64,000 bases of DNA, taken from assembly GCA_963816145.1 (NCBI GenBank), contig CAWFJP010000014.1, forward strand, positions 685,705 to 749,704, given 5' to 3'. The notes under the pieces are model-generated. The model searched no databases. It had not been told where the DNA came from and worked only from the letters and a program-made list of their open reading frames with translations. This stretch comes from an uncultured delta proteobacterium (GTDB lineage Bacteria; Desulfobacterota; Binatia; UBA9968). Below, in pieces: positions 52,077-63,425 of the stretch; the stretch's first letter is position 1; the number at the start of each line of letters is the position of its first letter. The position numbers and the translations under genes were made by a program.

Positions 52077-52991
52077 ATGTACGAAAAAATATTGGTCGCG
52101 TTGGACGGATCGCAATTGTCGGAGGGGGTTCTGCCCTATGCTCGTTTCATAGCCGCGAAGCTCAAAGTCCCTGTGGAATTATTGCATGTGGTCGACACGG
52201 AGGCACCGAGCGTGTCATCCGCCGACCAACAGCTGCGTTATCAGAATATTCTGGCCGCGGAAAAGAAATATAGCATGGACTATCTCGAAAAAATCGCGGC
52301 ATCTTTTGCCGACCCTGGGGCCACCAGGTGTGTCGTTGAAATCGGCAAGCCCGCCGAGGTGATCGTCGATCGGGCCGCGACCGACGCGCGAATGTTGGTT
52401 GTCATGACCACCCATGGACGTTCGGGTATCAACCGTTGGCTCCTCGGCAGCGTCGCTGACAAGGTACTCCACGCCGCCGCGAATCCATTGCTTCTTGTCC
52501 GCGCAACTGACGAGTCCAAGCAACTAGCTGTACCGCTCCTGAAAAAGATCATGGTCGCCCTGGATGGTTCCCCGCTAGCAGAAATGGCGCTGCCGCATGC
52601 TGCAGAGTTGGCGGCCAAAATGGGGCTTGGGATCATTCTCACGCGGGTCTTTGGAGTTCCAACGCCAACGTTCGCCGAGGACTACGGACCCTATGTGGAA
52701 GAATTGTGGGAACAGGTCGAGACCGAAACCCAGCAATACCTCGATGAAAAAGCCAAGCAGTTGGAGGGGCAGGGAGTGTCGGACGTTGCCGTTAAATCGG
52801 TTGCGGGATTTGCCTCGGAAAAGCTCATTGAGTTGGCTGACGAGAGCGGTGAGACCCTGGTTGCCATGTGTACCCACGGGCGGAGCGGTGTGAATCGCTG
52901 GGTGTTGGGCAGCGTCACCGACCGGGTGGTGCGTCACTTGGTCGGACCGGTGTTGATCATTCGGGCGGTTAGTCCCGGCGCGAAAGGGTGA
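52077..52991 (+). CDS. Tandem-domain universal stress protein
   Basis: Two ILVALDGS..THGRSG..LGSV.D.V units. Confidence 0.93.
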   Translation: MYEKILVALDGSQLSEGVLPYARFIAAKLKVPVELLHVVDTEAPSVSSADQQLRYQNILAAEKKYSMDYLEKIAASFADPGATRCVVEIGKPAEVIVDRAATDARMLVVMTTHGRSGINRWLLGSVADKVLHAAANPLLLVRATDESKQLAVPLLKKIMVALDGSPLAEMALPHAAELAAKMGLGIILTRVFGVPTPTFAEDYGPYVEELWEQVETETQQYLDEKAKQLEGQGVSDVAVKSVAGFASEKLIELADESGETLVAMCTHGRSGVNRWVLGSVTDRVVRHLVGPVLIIRAVSPGAKG

Positions 52992-53050
52992 CGCAGCCAT
53001 CAGTCGCGAGATTATAGGAGCGAGAATCATGAGTAAGGTGGAAAAAAAAG

Positions 53051-53616
53051 ATGAGCGTCTTGGATGCAATCCATGAGCGGCGCTCGGTGCGCGCCTACTC
53101 GCCGCAACGGCTGGATCAGGCGACGGTCCGCCGTAAACTGCTCGACGCGGCAGTGTGGGCACCGACGGCGGTGCACGAAGAACCCTGGGCATTCGACATC
53201 GTGCAGGACGTGGCGGCGCTCAAGAGTCTCTCGGATCGCGCTAAAACGATTTTCGCTGCGGAGGCCCGACGCACCCCCCTGGTCAGGCGAGTCATCTGCT
53301 GGAGATTCTCGACAATCCCGACTTCAATATTTTCTATAACGCCGGCACGCTGATTATCATTTGCGGCAGACCTAAGGGACCCTTCGTCGTCGCCGACTGC
53401 TGGCTGGCTGCGCAAAATTTGTTGCTTGCGGCCCATGCCATGGGACTCGGCTCCTGTGTGATCGGATTCGCCGTGCCGGCCTTGAACACACCAGAAATCA
53501 AAACCGAACTGGGGATCCCAGCCGAATGCAGCGCTATTGCGCCGATCATCGTCGGCGTGCCGAGCGGGGAGATGCCGCCTTCGACACGCAAAGAGCCGGA
53601 CATACTCGCACGGTAG
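53051..53616 (+). CDS. Nitroreductase family protein (frameshift near 53280)
   Basis: ERRSVRAY, APTA..EPW, AAQNLLLAAHAMGLGSC across two frames. Confidence 0.8.
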
Positions 53617-53702
53617 GAGCGAATGCGAAAGCGGTTCTCGACTTTGAGTTCGAGCAGGTCGGCGTATGCGTTCAGCACTCGGGCGATCTCAATGTTTTCC
53701 AT
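53610..53702 (-). pseudogene. DNA polymerase X/PHP N-terminal fragment
   Basis: MENIEIARVLNAYADLLELKVENRFRIRSYR matches the PolX start; rest missing. Confidence 0.7.
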
Positions 53703-53730
53703 CGGGTCTTGCTTGGCGCGCTAGCCAGCG

Positions 53731-55860
53731 TTACTTCGCTAACAATACCACCGTGCTGCGCGGATTGACGAGGTAGAAGTCCGCCGGATTGAGCAGGATC
53801 TCTGCGCCGACGTCGAGACAGTCTATGCCGCTCGGCAGGCTCGTATCGATGACGCGGTACCATCGCTTCGTGCCATCCGGCGCGGGAACCTGCACAGGTT
53901 GTAAATGGTGGTCGCCGTTTAGAATGATTAATAGACTGTAGTCGCCGAGGGTCGAAGCTACTTCGCCACCATCGAGTCGATAACACAGCGTACAGCATTC
54001 CGCATTGTCCCATTGAGGCGGTTTGAGATCGGCTCCGAACCAAGATAAGTCAGGCACCCCGTCGGCGTCCAAGTCCTGACCGAGGACGAACTTGCGCCGC
54101 TGCAACACCGTGTAGCGCTTGGTAAAGGCGATAATCTTCTGCACGAAGCTGCGCATGTCGCGGTTTCTCTCGATCTCGTTCCAGTCAAACCAACTGATTT
54201 CATTATCCTGGCAGTAGGCGTTATTGTTGCCGTTCTGAGTGCGCAAGAATTCATCACCGCCAAGCATCATGGGGGTGCCCATGGCAAAGAACAGAACGCA
54301 GATATGATTCTTGGCGATTTGTTTTCTGAGTTGGAGCACTGCGGTATGGTTCGTTGTGCCCTCCGCCCCCGAGTTCCACGAGTTGTTGTCGTTGCTGCCA
54401 TCACGATTCTGCTCGAGGTTGGCTTCATTGTGTTTGTCGTTGTAGGCAACCAGATCATGGAGCGTGAAACCGTCGTGGCAGGTGACAAAGTTAATGCTGT
54501 TGTAGGCGGAGCGCCCGTCATCACCATAAAGGTCGGCTGAACCGGTCAGGCGCCAGCCGAGATCGCGCAACTGCCCGGCGTCGCCTTTGATAAACCTGCG
54601 CACGGTATCTCGGAACCGTCCGTTCCATTCGGACCAGTCAACCGGAAAGTTGCCAACGTCGTAGGAGCCGATATCCCAAGGCTCGGCGATGAGCTTGACC
54701 CGGTTTAAGACCGGGTCTTGCGAGACCGCATCGAAAAACGAAGCCGACCTTTTAAATTGCCCAGTTTCACGGCCCAAGACCGACGCGAGGTCGAAGCGAA
54801 AGCCGTCGACATGCATCACTTCTACCCAGTAGCGCAGCGAGTCCATGACAAACCTAATCACATGGGAGTCGGTGATATTCACGCTGTTGCCGCATCCCGT
54901 ATAGTTCATGTAATAGCGTTGCGGTTCCGCCGCCGGTCCGGTCAAGTCATAATAGGTGGGATTGTCGATGCCGCGAAAGCTGAGCGTCGGGCCCAATTCA
55001 TTGCCTTCGGCGCTGTGGTTGTAGACCACGTCCAAAATGACTTCGATGCCGGCCTTGTGCAGCTCACGCACCAGGGTCTTGAATTCGCTCACCTGGCAAC
55101 CTGGCGTATGCTGGGTGCTGTAAGACAGCTCCGGTGCAAAAAAGCCCAGGGTGTTGTAGCCCCAGTAATTCTTGAGCCCCTTCGCCAGGAGAAAATCATC
55201 GTCGTAGTGATCGTGGATGGGCAGCAACTCGACGGCAGCGATGCCCAGCGCTTTGAGATATGGAATCTTTTCGACGAAGCCCAAATAGGTGCCGGGATGC
55301 TGCACATTCGAAGATCGATGCGCTGTAAAGCCCTTGACGTGCACCTCGTAAACATAAAGTTTTTCAAAGGGGATATTGGGCGGCCGGTCACCCTGCCAGT
55401 CGAAGTGGTCGTTGACGACGATCGCTTTGGGCACAATGGCGCAATTCTCTCTTGCGTCCAGTGAGCGATCGCTTGCGGGGGAGTGGGCATCGTAGGCCAA
55501 GAGCAGGTTGTCGGTGTTGCGAGCTTTGCCGGTCAGGGCCTTGGCGTAGGGATCGATGAGCAATTTATGCTCGTTGAAGCGCAGGCCGCGGGCGGGAGCG
55601 AATTCACCGCAGACCTTGTAACCGTAGAGTTGTCCCGCTTTTAACCCTTGAACAAGGACATGCCAGATGAACTTGGTTCGGTTCGGCAGCCGGATGATAT
55701 CGGTGGGATCGCCGTCGGGCCGCTCGAACAACAGCAGGTAGACTTCGCGGGCGGTTTTCGTGTAGAGAGCGAAGTTCACGCCATCTTCCGTCAAGGTCGC
55801 GCCCAACGGATAGCAGTTGCCGTCGGAAATCCGTTTGTCGGATTGAGCTGTGATCGCCAT
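53731..55860 (-). CDS. glgX: Glycogen debranching enzyme
   Basis: YPLGAT, NYWGYN, DVVYNHSAEG, DGFRFDLA, IAEPWD, CHDGFTL. Confidence 0.95.
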   Translation of the reverse strand: MAITAQSDKRISDGNCYPLGATLTEDGVNFALYTKTAREVYLLLFERPDGDPTDIIRLPNRTKFIWHVLVQGLKAGQLYGYKVCGEFAPARGLRFNEHKLLIDPYAKALTGKARNTDNLLLAYDAHSPASDRSLDARENCAIVPKAIVVNDHFDWQGDRPPNIPFEKLYVYEVHVKGFTAHRSSNVQHPGTYLGFVEKIPYLKALGIAAVELLPIHDHYDDDFLLAKGLKNYWGYNTLGFFAPELSYSTQHTPGCQVSEFKTLVRELHKAGIEVILDVVYNHSAEGNELGPTLSFRGIDNPTYYDLTGPAAEPQRYYMNYTGCGNSVNITDSHVIRFVMDSLRYWVEVMHVDGFRFDLASVLGRETGQFKRSASFFDAVSQDPVLNRVKLIAEPWDIGSYDVGNFPVDWSEWNGRFRDTVRRFIKGDAGQLRDLGWRLTGSADLYGDDGRSAYNSINFVTCHDGFTLHDLVAYNDKHNEANLEQNRDGSNDNNSWNSGAEGTTNHTAVLQLRKQIAKNHICVLFFAMGTPMMLGGDEFLRTQNGNNNAYCQDNEISWFDWNEIERNRDMRSFVQKIIAFTKRYTVLQRRKFVLGQDLDADGVPDLSWFGADLKPPQWDNAECCTLCYRLDGGEVASTLGDYSLLIILNGDHHLQPVQVPAPDGTKRWYRVIDTSLPSGIDCLDVGAEILLNPADFYLVNPRSTVVLLAK

Positions 55861-55922
55861 CGGTCCCTCCCATTGTCGTCGGTTTAACCCTCGTCCGGAA
55901 TAGCCCTGGCTGTTCGACACTC

Positions 55923-56651
55923 TTATCCCTTGACATATCGTTTCAAGTCGGTGGCGTTTTGAAGCGCATAGCCGTGGGCGTCGTTGTTGAAGTAAGCAAA
56001 AACATCTCTGCCATCGGCGAGCTGTTGCTTGATCCACTGCGCCTGTTGTTTCAGGGAATGCGGCGAGTAGCTCCCGCTATAATGATCGCCGTGAAAACGT
56101 AGGTAAATCCAGCTGGCGGTAATGCGCCGCGGATGATCGTCGATCATGTCGTGAATACACAAGGCGGCATTATGGCTCTGCAAAATGGAGTATACGTCCT
56201 CACATAACCAACGGCGATCGCGGAATTCGAACGCCCAGCGAAATGACCGTGACGCAGCATTTAAAAACCCAAGGAGCCGGCCGATATTTACATCCCAATG
56301 CGGCGGTAGTTGCACCAGAATCGGACCAAGAGTTGTTCTCAGGCGGCGGGCATGTTGCAAAAAATTCTTGATCATTGCGCGCGGTTCCTTCAGCCTCTTC
56401 AGATGTGAGCCGTACCGGCTAAATTTGAGCACGTAGCAGAACCCCGGCGGCGCCTGGGTCCGCCAGATGTCAAACGTTTCGGCTCGGGGTAAGCCGTAAA
56501 AGGTGTTATTGATTTCGACGGTATCGAAGTGCTCTGCGTAAAACGCGAACCAGTCCTTCTTGGGTAAAGTCCCCGGATAAAAAACGCTTCGCCAATGGTC
56601 ATACTGATAACCAGATGTGCCGACGCGGAATTGTCCTTTGGTAATAAGCAT
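55923..56651 (-). CDS. DUF72 family protein
   Basis: GTSGYQY.HW, VEINNTFY, QLPP, EFR, YLRFHG, YFNND. Confidence 0.92.
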   Translation of the reverse strand: MLITKGQFRVGTSGYQYDHWRSVFYPGTLPKKDWFAFYAEHFDTVEINNTFYGLPRAETFDIWRTQAPPGFCYVLKFSRYGSHLKRLKEPRAMIKNFLQHARRLRTTLGPILVQLPPHWDVNIGRLLGFLNAASRSFRWAFEFRDRRWLCEDVYSILQSHNAALCIHDMIDDHPRRITASWIYLRFHGDHYSGSYSPHSLKQQAQWIKQQLADGRDVFAYFNNDAHGYALQNATDLKRYVKG

Positions 56652-57007
56652 AGGGCCTGTTTTGCGCGAATGGCGAAACCCACTGGCATGAGTCGACAAG
56701 CGCCACTGGTTTCATTGCAGAAGCTCCTGTCACTCGACAACGACTATAAAGGCAAATCGGATGCCACAATAACTCTGCTATTATGTGGCCGGCCCGAGGT
56801 ATCGTTGTCGCAGATTTGCGAGAAGTCCGGGTGAATCTTGTCATATTCGAGATGCATTTCGCGAAACCTCGACGCAAGTCACAGTAGATCTCGATTCCTC
56901 CCTGGCGCACTGATTGCTCGAATCTCTTTACAAGCGAGGTAGGACGACGCGCAACGTGAAAGCGCCAAGGTTCTGACGGGGTGGCAATCGATTGCTGAAG
57001 GATACTG

Positions 57008-58543
57008 ATGGCAGCGGATATAAAACAGGGCATGGCCGCGAACAGTCTGAGGCGGCACGGTGGATGGACGACGATTGCCGCGGCCTCTGTTATGGCTGTT
57101 GTTCTCTCCGGAAGCCTTTTGCCATGGATGTTTGCCATCCCGCACTCCTACGCCGCTGCAAGCTCGGTTTCCCCTGGAGGGGCCCTGGCTCCTCCTCCAT
57201 CGTTTGCCGATGTCGCTGAACGGGTGATGCCCGCGGTGGTTAACATCTCGACAACGCAAAAATTTGACTTGGGGCCGAGAGGCCCGACATGGCCGCTTCC
57301 CGAGCCGGAGCCGCGCCCATATGACGAGGAAGATTCTCTCGAACAATTCTTTCGCCGCTATTTCGGTGACCGTGCGGCGCCGGCCCAGCGACTTAGCCTG
57401 GGCTCGGGTTTTATCATTAGTTTGGATGGATACATCGTTACCACCACTCATGTGATCCGCAACGCCGAGAAGATCATCGTCCGGCTTTCCAAGCCTCGTT
57501 CTGAAGAGTACGAGGCCAACGTCATTGGCATCGATGACTTAACCGATCTCGCGTTGATCAAGATTACTGCGTCTCGCCCTTTACCGTCGCTGCCGTTCGG
57601 TAGTTCCGCCAACCTGCGCGTCGGTGAGTGGGTTGTCGCGGTAGGCAATCCGTTTGGGCTGGAGCAGACGGTGACGGTCGGCATTGTTAGTGGCAAGGGG
57701 CGCGTCATTGGTGCCGGCCCCTACGATGACTTTATTCAGACCGACGCTTCGATCAATCCCGGTAATTCCGGCGGACCGCTGCTCAACATGCGTGGAGAAG
57801 TCGTCGGGATTAACACGGCGATATTTAGCCGGACCGGGGGCAATATCGGTATCGGTTTCGCCATTCCGATGGAACAAGCGAGATTGATCATCGCGCAACT
57901 GAAATCAACTGGCAAGGTTATCCGAGGTTGGCTCGGCGTATCGGTCCAGCCCGTGACGCCGGAGCTGGCCCGGTCATTTCACTTGAGCGATGCCAGGGGC
58001 GCACTCGTTACCGCGGTTGCTAAAGCTAGCCCCGCGGAGACGGCGGGTTTGCGACGCGGTGATATTATTACCGCTTTTGATGGTGTCGCGATCACGGAGT
58101 CTCATGAGTTATCGACGCTTGTGGCGCGAGCCGCTGTCGGTAAGCCGGCAGTGTTGATTGGTTTTCGAGAAGGCGGCGAAAAGGCATTTCATGTAGTCAT
58201 CGGGGAATTGTCTTCGCCCCAAGCCAAGGCGGTGCTTCCTGAGATGCGGGTGAGTCGATGGGGATTGGTGGCTATGGCCATCTCACCAGATGTGGCGCGC
58301 CGCTACCGAATCGAAGGGGAGCAAAACGGAGTGGTGATTACTGCAGTCGATCCCGGGAGTCCGGCCGATCGAGCCGGGCTGCGAAATGGCGACGTGATTG
58401 AAGAAGTAAACCGCCAACCGATTCGTTCACTCGATGATTTTGACAGGCTCATGACCCAGTCAGAGTCAGGTGAGACCGTCCTGTTGTACCTGCGCCGGGG
58501 CGAATCCTCGGGGTTTCAGGTATTGCAAAAGAAGCAGCGATAA
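57008..58543 (+). CDS. DegP/HtrA (Do family) serine protease
   Basis: GSGFII, TH, DLA, QTDASINPGNSGG, two PDZ domains. Confidence 0.93.
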   Translation: MAADIKQGMAANSLRRHGGWTTIAAASVMAVVLSGSLLPWMFAIPHSYAAASSVSPGGALAPPPSFADVAERVMPAVVNISTTQKFDLGPRGPTWPLPEPEPRPYDEEDSLEQFFRRYFGDRAAPAQRLSLGSGFIISLDGYIVTTTHVIRNAEKIIVRLSKPRSEEYEANVIGIDDLTDLALIKITASRPLPSLPFGSSANLRVGEWVVAVGNPFGLEQTVTVGIVSGKGRVIGAGPYDDFIQTDASINPGNSGGPLLNMRGEVVGINTAIFSRTGGNIGIGFAIPMEQARLIIAQLKSTGKVIRGWLGVSVQPVTPELARSFHLSDARGALVTAVAKASPAETAGLRRGDIITAFDGVAITESHELSTLVARAAVGKPAVLIGFREGGEKAFHVVIGELSSPQAKAVLPEMRVSRWGLVAMAISPDVARRYRIEGEQNGVVITAVDPGSPADRAGLRNGDVIEEVNRQPIRSLDDFDRLMTQSESGETVLLYLRRGESSGFQVLQKKQR

Positions 58544-58594
58544 CCCGCAACCACTTGCCAAACGGCAGTTCAGCTCTCGGCTCTGTGGTTTCAG

Positions 58595-59047
58595 TTATGC
58601 GACCGCCGAACGCGCTTTTTCGTAGAGCTTTTTTAGCTCTGCCAAACCGGCGTCGATCTTCTTTTCCATCTCTTCCCAGGCTTTCGCGCTAGCCGTTTTA
58701 AATTCTTCCAGTTGCTTTTTGAGCTCCTTTTGCTTTTCGCGTAACGCCCCGACGGCTTCGTCGAACTTCTTTTTGGCGTCGCCACTCGCTTTATCGGCTT
58801 TCGCTTTCAGTTCGTCGACGCGTTTTTCATAGGACTGCAGCATCTCTTCCGCCTGTTCGCGGTATTGTTGGCGCTTTTTGTTTGCGTAAGACCTGAGCTC
58901 TTCAACGGCATCTTCTTTTTCCTTGGCAGCTTTCTCAGGGCCGCCGGCAATTTTTGTTGGCTCTTTTTTAGCTGGTTGCTCGCAGGCGGCAAGTGAGAAA
59001 GAAAAGCCCAGTATCGACAGCCATATGATTTGTCGCATGATCTTCAC
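58595..59047 (-). CDS. Coiled-coil lipoprotein
   Basis: Lipobox LAAC; K/E-rich helices, SAKAWEE. Confidence 0.7.
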   Translation of the reverse strand: MKIMRQIIWLSILGFSFSLAACEQPAKKEPTKIAGGPEKAAKEKEDAVEELRSYANKKRQQYREQAEEMLQSYEKRVDELKAKADKASGDAKKKFDEAVGALREKQKELKKQLEEFKTASAKAWEEMEKKIDAGLAELKKLYEKARSAVA

Positions 59048-59091
59048 TCCGAATCGGCAGACCGCTTTTTACAACTGCTACCGCCCACCGC

Positions 59092-60765
59092 CTAAACGGC
59101 GTGAGCGGCGGGTTCGCGTTTGGTTTTCCCTGATACTGTGGCTCGTGCACTATCTAACTCTGCCTCCATTTCTAAAATCTTGACGGTTGTTTTGAGAACC
59201 GCGTCGGGATTGAGCGATATGCTATCGATGCCCAGTTTGACCAGAAAGGCGGCAAAGTCCGGGTAATCGCTGGGTGCTTGGCCGCAAATGCCGATCTTTC
59301 TCCCTTTGACTTTAGCCGCGTGAATCACATTGGCAATCATGTTTTTTACTGCCGGGTTGCGCTCGTCAAAAACATGGGCGACGATTGCCGAATCGCGATC
59401 CACGCCAAGGATGAGTTGTGTGAGATCGTTCGAACCGATGGAGAAGCCGTCAAAGATTTCGGCAAAGTCGTCGGCCAGGATTACGTTGCTCGGGACCTCG
59501 CACATTACGTAGACTTCCAGTTGATTCGCACCGCGCTTAAGCCCGTGCTTTTCCATCTCGGCGATGACGCGTTGCCCTTCTTCGACCGTGCGGCAGAAGG
59601 GAATCATGAGCTTGACATTTGTCAGCCCCATCTCGTCACGCACTTTCTTCATCGCCTGGCATTCCAAAGCAAAGCCGGCTTGATAGCGCGGATTATAGTA
59701 ACGAGAGGCACCGCGAAAGCCGATCATGGGGTTTTCCTCGACGGGCTCATAGGGTTTTCCGCCGATCAGATTTGCATACTCGTTGGTTTTGAAGTCGCTC
59801 AGTCGAACGATAACGTCTTTGGGATAAAACGCCGCGCCGATCATGGCGACGCCTTGCGCCAGTTTGTCGACAAAAAATTGCGCTTTGTTGGTGTAGCCAA
59901 TGGTCAGCCGATTGATCTCGTCTCGGAGCGTGCGGTCATCGAGTTTGTCGAACTCGAGCAGCGCTAAAGGATGGATTTTGATGTAGTTGGTGATGATGAA
60001 TTCTTCCCGTGCCAAGCCTACGCCATCGTTGGGCAAGAGCGAAAGGTGGAAAGCCTCTTGGGGATTGCCAATGTTCATCATAACCTTTGTCTTTGGCCGT
60101 GGCAGATTGCGCAGGTTGATTTTTTCCACTGCATATTTGAGGGCTCCGCCGTAAACGAATCCGATATCGCCTTCGGCACAAGAAACCGTGACCACTTGGC
60201 CATCCTTGAGGACATCGGTGCCATTCTCCGTTCCCACAATCGCCGGTAGCCCGAGTTCCCGGCTTACGATTGCGGCGTGGCAGGTGCGGCCGCCTCGGTT
60301 GGTGACGATGGCAGCGGTTTTCTTCATCGTCGGTTCCCAATCTGGGTCGGTTTTTTCGGTAACCAAAATGTCACCATCGCGTACTTCTTGAAGATTTTGC
60401 ACGTTCTTCACAATCCGTATCGGCCCCTGTGCGATCTTCTCCCCGACGCTTCGCCCCTGTACCAGGACTTTACCTTTGTTTTCTAGGTGAAAGATCTCCA
60501 TGGTGTCAGAGCGCTTTTGTGATTGAACGGTCTCCGGCCGTGCTTGGACGATGAACAATTCCCCCGTGCGCCCGTCCTTAGCCCATTCCATATCCATAGG
60601 CGTGTAAGCGCCGTGTTTGCGGCTATAATGGTCTTCGATCAGGCAAGCCCAGCGGGAAAGCGTAAGGATGTCTTCGTCGGCAATCGCAAAACGCGCTCGG
60701 TCCTCGGCAGCAACCGGCACGTTCTTAACCATTTTGCCGCCGCCGATATCATAAATAAGCTTCAT
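59092..60765 (-). CDS. ppsA: Phosphoenolpyruvate synthase, 5' part missing (cut by junction)
   Basis: DMEWAKDG, QARPETV, GGRTCHAAI, GFRGASRY, FSIGSNDL, ICGQAPS. Confidence 0.93.
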   Translation of the reverse strand: MKLIYDIGGGKMVKNVPVAAEDRARFAIADEDILTLSRWACLIEDHYSRKHGAYTPMDMEWAKDGRTGELFIVQARPETVQSQKRSDTMEIFHLENKGKVLVQGRSVGEKIAQGPIRIVKNVQNLQEVRDGDILVTEKTDPDWEPTMKKTAAIVTNRGGRTCHAAIVSRELGLPAIVGTENGTDVLKDGQVVTVSCAEGDIGFVYGGALKYAVEKINLRNLPRPKTKVMMNIGNPQEAFHLSLLPNDGVGLAREEFIITNYIKIHPLALLEFDKLDDRTLRDEINRLTIGYTNKAQFFVDKLAQGVAMIGAAFYPKDVIVRLSDFKTNEYANLIGGKPYEPVEENPMIGFRGASRYYNPRYQAGFALECQAMKKVRDEMGLTNVKLMIPFCRTVEEGQRVIAEMEKHGLKRGANQLEVYVMCEVPSNVILADDFAEIFDGFSIGSNDLTQLILGVDRDSAIVAHVFDERNPAVKNMIANVIHAAKVKGRKIGICGQAPSDYPDFAAFLVKLGIDSISLNPDAVLKTTVKILEMEAELDSARATVSGKTKREPAAHAV

Positions 60766-60852
60766 CCGACCCGCGTCACGCAGGATCTTGACGGTAGGCG
60801 CGCCGGTGTTTCCGGTCGCTGCAGTGACCATGATCAGGTCGTCATCTGTCAT
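60766..60852 (-). pseudogene. NmrA/NAD(P)H-binding protein N-terminus, truncated at junction
   Basis: MTDDDLIMVTAATGNTG; GGAAAGGAAG RBS. Confidence 0.6.
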
Positions 60853-61308
60853 GAGTGGCTTCCTTTCCGTAACGTGAGGCATCGTGTTGTGGCGCGGGCC
60901 TGCGCGGCTGGCGTCACCGGCGTGCCGGTGCCCAGTGTGAACCATCAGGTAGTGCGCAACATTCGCAGGCGCGATGGGAGATGGGCCCCCTGTTGGCCGG
61001 ACTGCAGAGGTGGCCTGTGGACGTCGTCGTGAGCATCATCTCGCGCGCAGCGCCGACGGTGTGTGCGGTGACTGCACGAACATGTGCACCGAGCGCACTC
61101 ACCGCGCGACGACCACAAAATAAGGCGCAATGGCAAGGATCTGGGTGGGGAGTCGCGTGTGCGGCGTTCATTGCGCGCCTGCGGTTTTGGGGCGCCACCA
61201 CAGGGCAATTGCCGCGGCGATGACCGCTGAGCCACCCGCCCCGATGGCAACGAATGTCCACCCGCACCGGATTGTGGACACGTTGACCTGATCGCCGCCT
61301 GCTCAAGC

Positions 61309-61743
61309 GTGGCCACCACCGCACCGTCCACAGCCGGGTCTGAATCGTCGACCACGTCCGTCCAGCCAACAACGCAGGAAGCTCCCGTGACAGACCTTCG
61401 CATTGTCATTGCCGGACAATCGGTTGACGCCCACCTGGCCGACAGCCCCACGGCCCGCGACCTCGCGGACCAACTTCCGATCACCTTGTCCTTCCGCGAC
61501 CTCAACCGCGTGGAGAAGATCGCGAAACTCCCTCGACCGCTGAGCACCGACGGTGCGCCCGAGGGCGACGACCCCGACATCGCCGATATCGGTTACTACG
61601 CACCGTCACAGGATCTGGTCCTGTACTACGGCGACGTCGGCTACTGGAACGGCATCGTACGCATCGGCCGCTTCGACAGTGACCAGTTGTCGCTCGTGGA
61701 AGATCAGCCCGACGGCTTCGATGTCACGCTTGAAATCGTCTGA
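61309..61743 (+). CDS. Cyclophilin-like fold protein (start upstream, probably lipoprotein)
   Basis: [27 protein letters not shown]. Confidence 0.75.
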   Translation: MATTAPSTAGSESSTTSVQPTTQEAPVTDLRIVIAGQSVDAHLADSPTARDLADQLPITLSFRDLNRVEKIAKLPRPLSTDGAPEGDDPDIADIGYYAPSQDLVLYYGDVGYWNGIVRIGRFDSDQLSLVEDQPDGFDVTLEIV

Positions 61744-61765
61744 CCAACAAGAAGAAGGAACAGAC

Positions 61766-62257
61766 ATGAGAAGAATGATCTCTTTCCGTGGCCGCTGTGC
61801 TCCGCCGCCGTGCCGCTGGGACTGTGGAAGGCTGCCCCGTCCGGCGCCGAAGGCAACGGTATGCAGATCTCGCGCGACGAGACGCGACCTGCCACACACG
61901 GTCCGGCCGAAACGTTTACCGGGCAGGTCAGTGTCAAGGCATTGTTCGATCCGAACGACGCCCGCCAATTCAGCTCGGCCCAGGTGTCATTCACCCCGTG
62001 CGCACGCACCGCCTGGCACACCCATCCGGGCGGACAGACCCCTGGTCGTCATCTCGGGAAGCGGCTGGGTGCAGGAATGGGGTGGCCAGAAACAGGACAT
62101 CGGTCCCGGCGATGTGATCTGGACACCACCTGGCGTCAAGCACTGGCACGGTGCCACTGAGGGCGAGGCCATGACCCACATTGCGATCCAGTCGGTCGTC
62201 GACGGCCAGGTCGTCGACTGGATGGAACACGTCACCGACGACCAGTACCTCCAATAA
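61766..62257 (+). CDS. Cupin domain protein (frameshifted)
   Basis: [45 protein letters not shown] across frames. Confidence 0.8.
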   Translation: MRRMISFRGRCAPPPCRWDCGRLPRPAPKATVCRSRATRRDLPHTVRPKRLPGRSVSRHCSIRTTPANSARPRCHSPRAHAPPGTPIRADRPLVVISGSGWVQEWGGQKQDIGPGDVIWTPPGVKHWHGATEGEAMTHIAIQSVVDGQVVDWMEHVTDDQYLQ

Positions 62258-62274
62258 CGACCAGGAGAATCCTC

Positions 62275-63298
62275 ATGCTTGGTGCAGTCATGCACGCCCC
62301 CGGCGACGTCCAGGTCGAGACCCGGCCGGACCCGCAGATCATCGAACCGACCGACGCCATCATCATCCGTGTCTCGGCGGCCTGTATCTGCGGCAGTGAC
62401 CTGTGGCCATGGCGCGGTATTGAGAAGGTCGGTCCCGCGACCCCGATGGGCCACGAGTACGTGGGCGTGGTCAAAGAGGTCGGCAGCGACGTGGCCAGCA
62501 TCAAACCCGGACAGTTCGTCATCGGGTCGTTCTTCGCCTCCGACAACACCTGCGAGATCTGCCGGGCTGGGTACCAAAGCCGGTGCGTGAATGCCGGATT
62601 GATGGGCCGCATCGGCACCCAGGCCGAGTACGCCCGCATCCCGCTGGCCGACGGAACATTGGTGGCCACACCGGAGCTGCCGCCGGCCGACCTGATTCCT
62701 AGCCTGCTGGCCGCCTCCGATGTGCTGGGCACCGGCTGGTTCGGCGCCGTCGCCGCCGAGGCCGGGCCCGGCAAGACAGTCGTTGTCGTCGGTGACGGTG
62801 CGGTCGGACTGCTCGGGGTGATGGCAGCCAAACAGCTTGGTACCGAACGCATCATCGCCATGAGTAGACATGCTGACCGGCAGCGGCTCGCGCGTGAGTT
62901 CGGGGCCACCGACATCATTGCCGAACGCGGCGACGCGGGGTGGCGGCGGTCATGGACCTCACTCGCGGCCTTGGCGCGCACAGCGTCGTCGAAGCCGTCG
63001 GTACCCAGGAGTCGATGATGCAGGCCATCCGCTCGACTCGGCCCGGTGGTCACGTCGGCTATGTCGGCGTCTCACACGGCGTCGAGTTGCCCGGCGAGGA
63101 ACTGTTCTTCTCCGCGGTGCACCTGCACGGTGGCCCCGCACCGGTACGGCGCTTCCTGCCCGACTTGATCGACCTGATCTGGAACCGGAAGATCCACCCC
63201 GGCAAGGTGTCGACATGAGTCTGCCGCTGCAGGACGCCGCGGAGGGCTACCGCGCCATGGATGAACGACGGGCTGTGAAAGTACTTCTCAACACATAG
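62275..63298 (+). CDS. Zinc-dependent alcohol dehydrogenase family (several frameshifts)
   Basis: [42 protein letters not shown]. Confidence 0.85.
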
Positions 63299-63425
63299 AG
63301 GGGCCGCCGCACACAGCGCCGGGCGGGTGCGTGCCTGACGGGTGGCAGTTACCGCTCTCGGACCGTGTCGTCACGTAATGGAATGACCCGTGATGGGCCA
63401 GGCCTTGACCGCTTATCAGTACGGT

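Noticed and set aside
59092-60945. Novel NmrA-PpsA fusion protein
   Set aside because: Coincides with the compositional break and removes essential PpsA domains; treated as a probable artefact.
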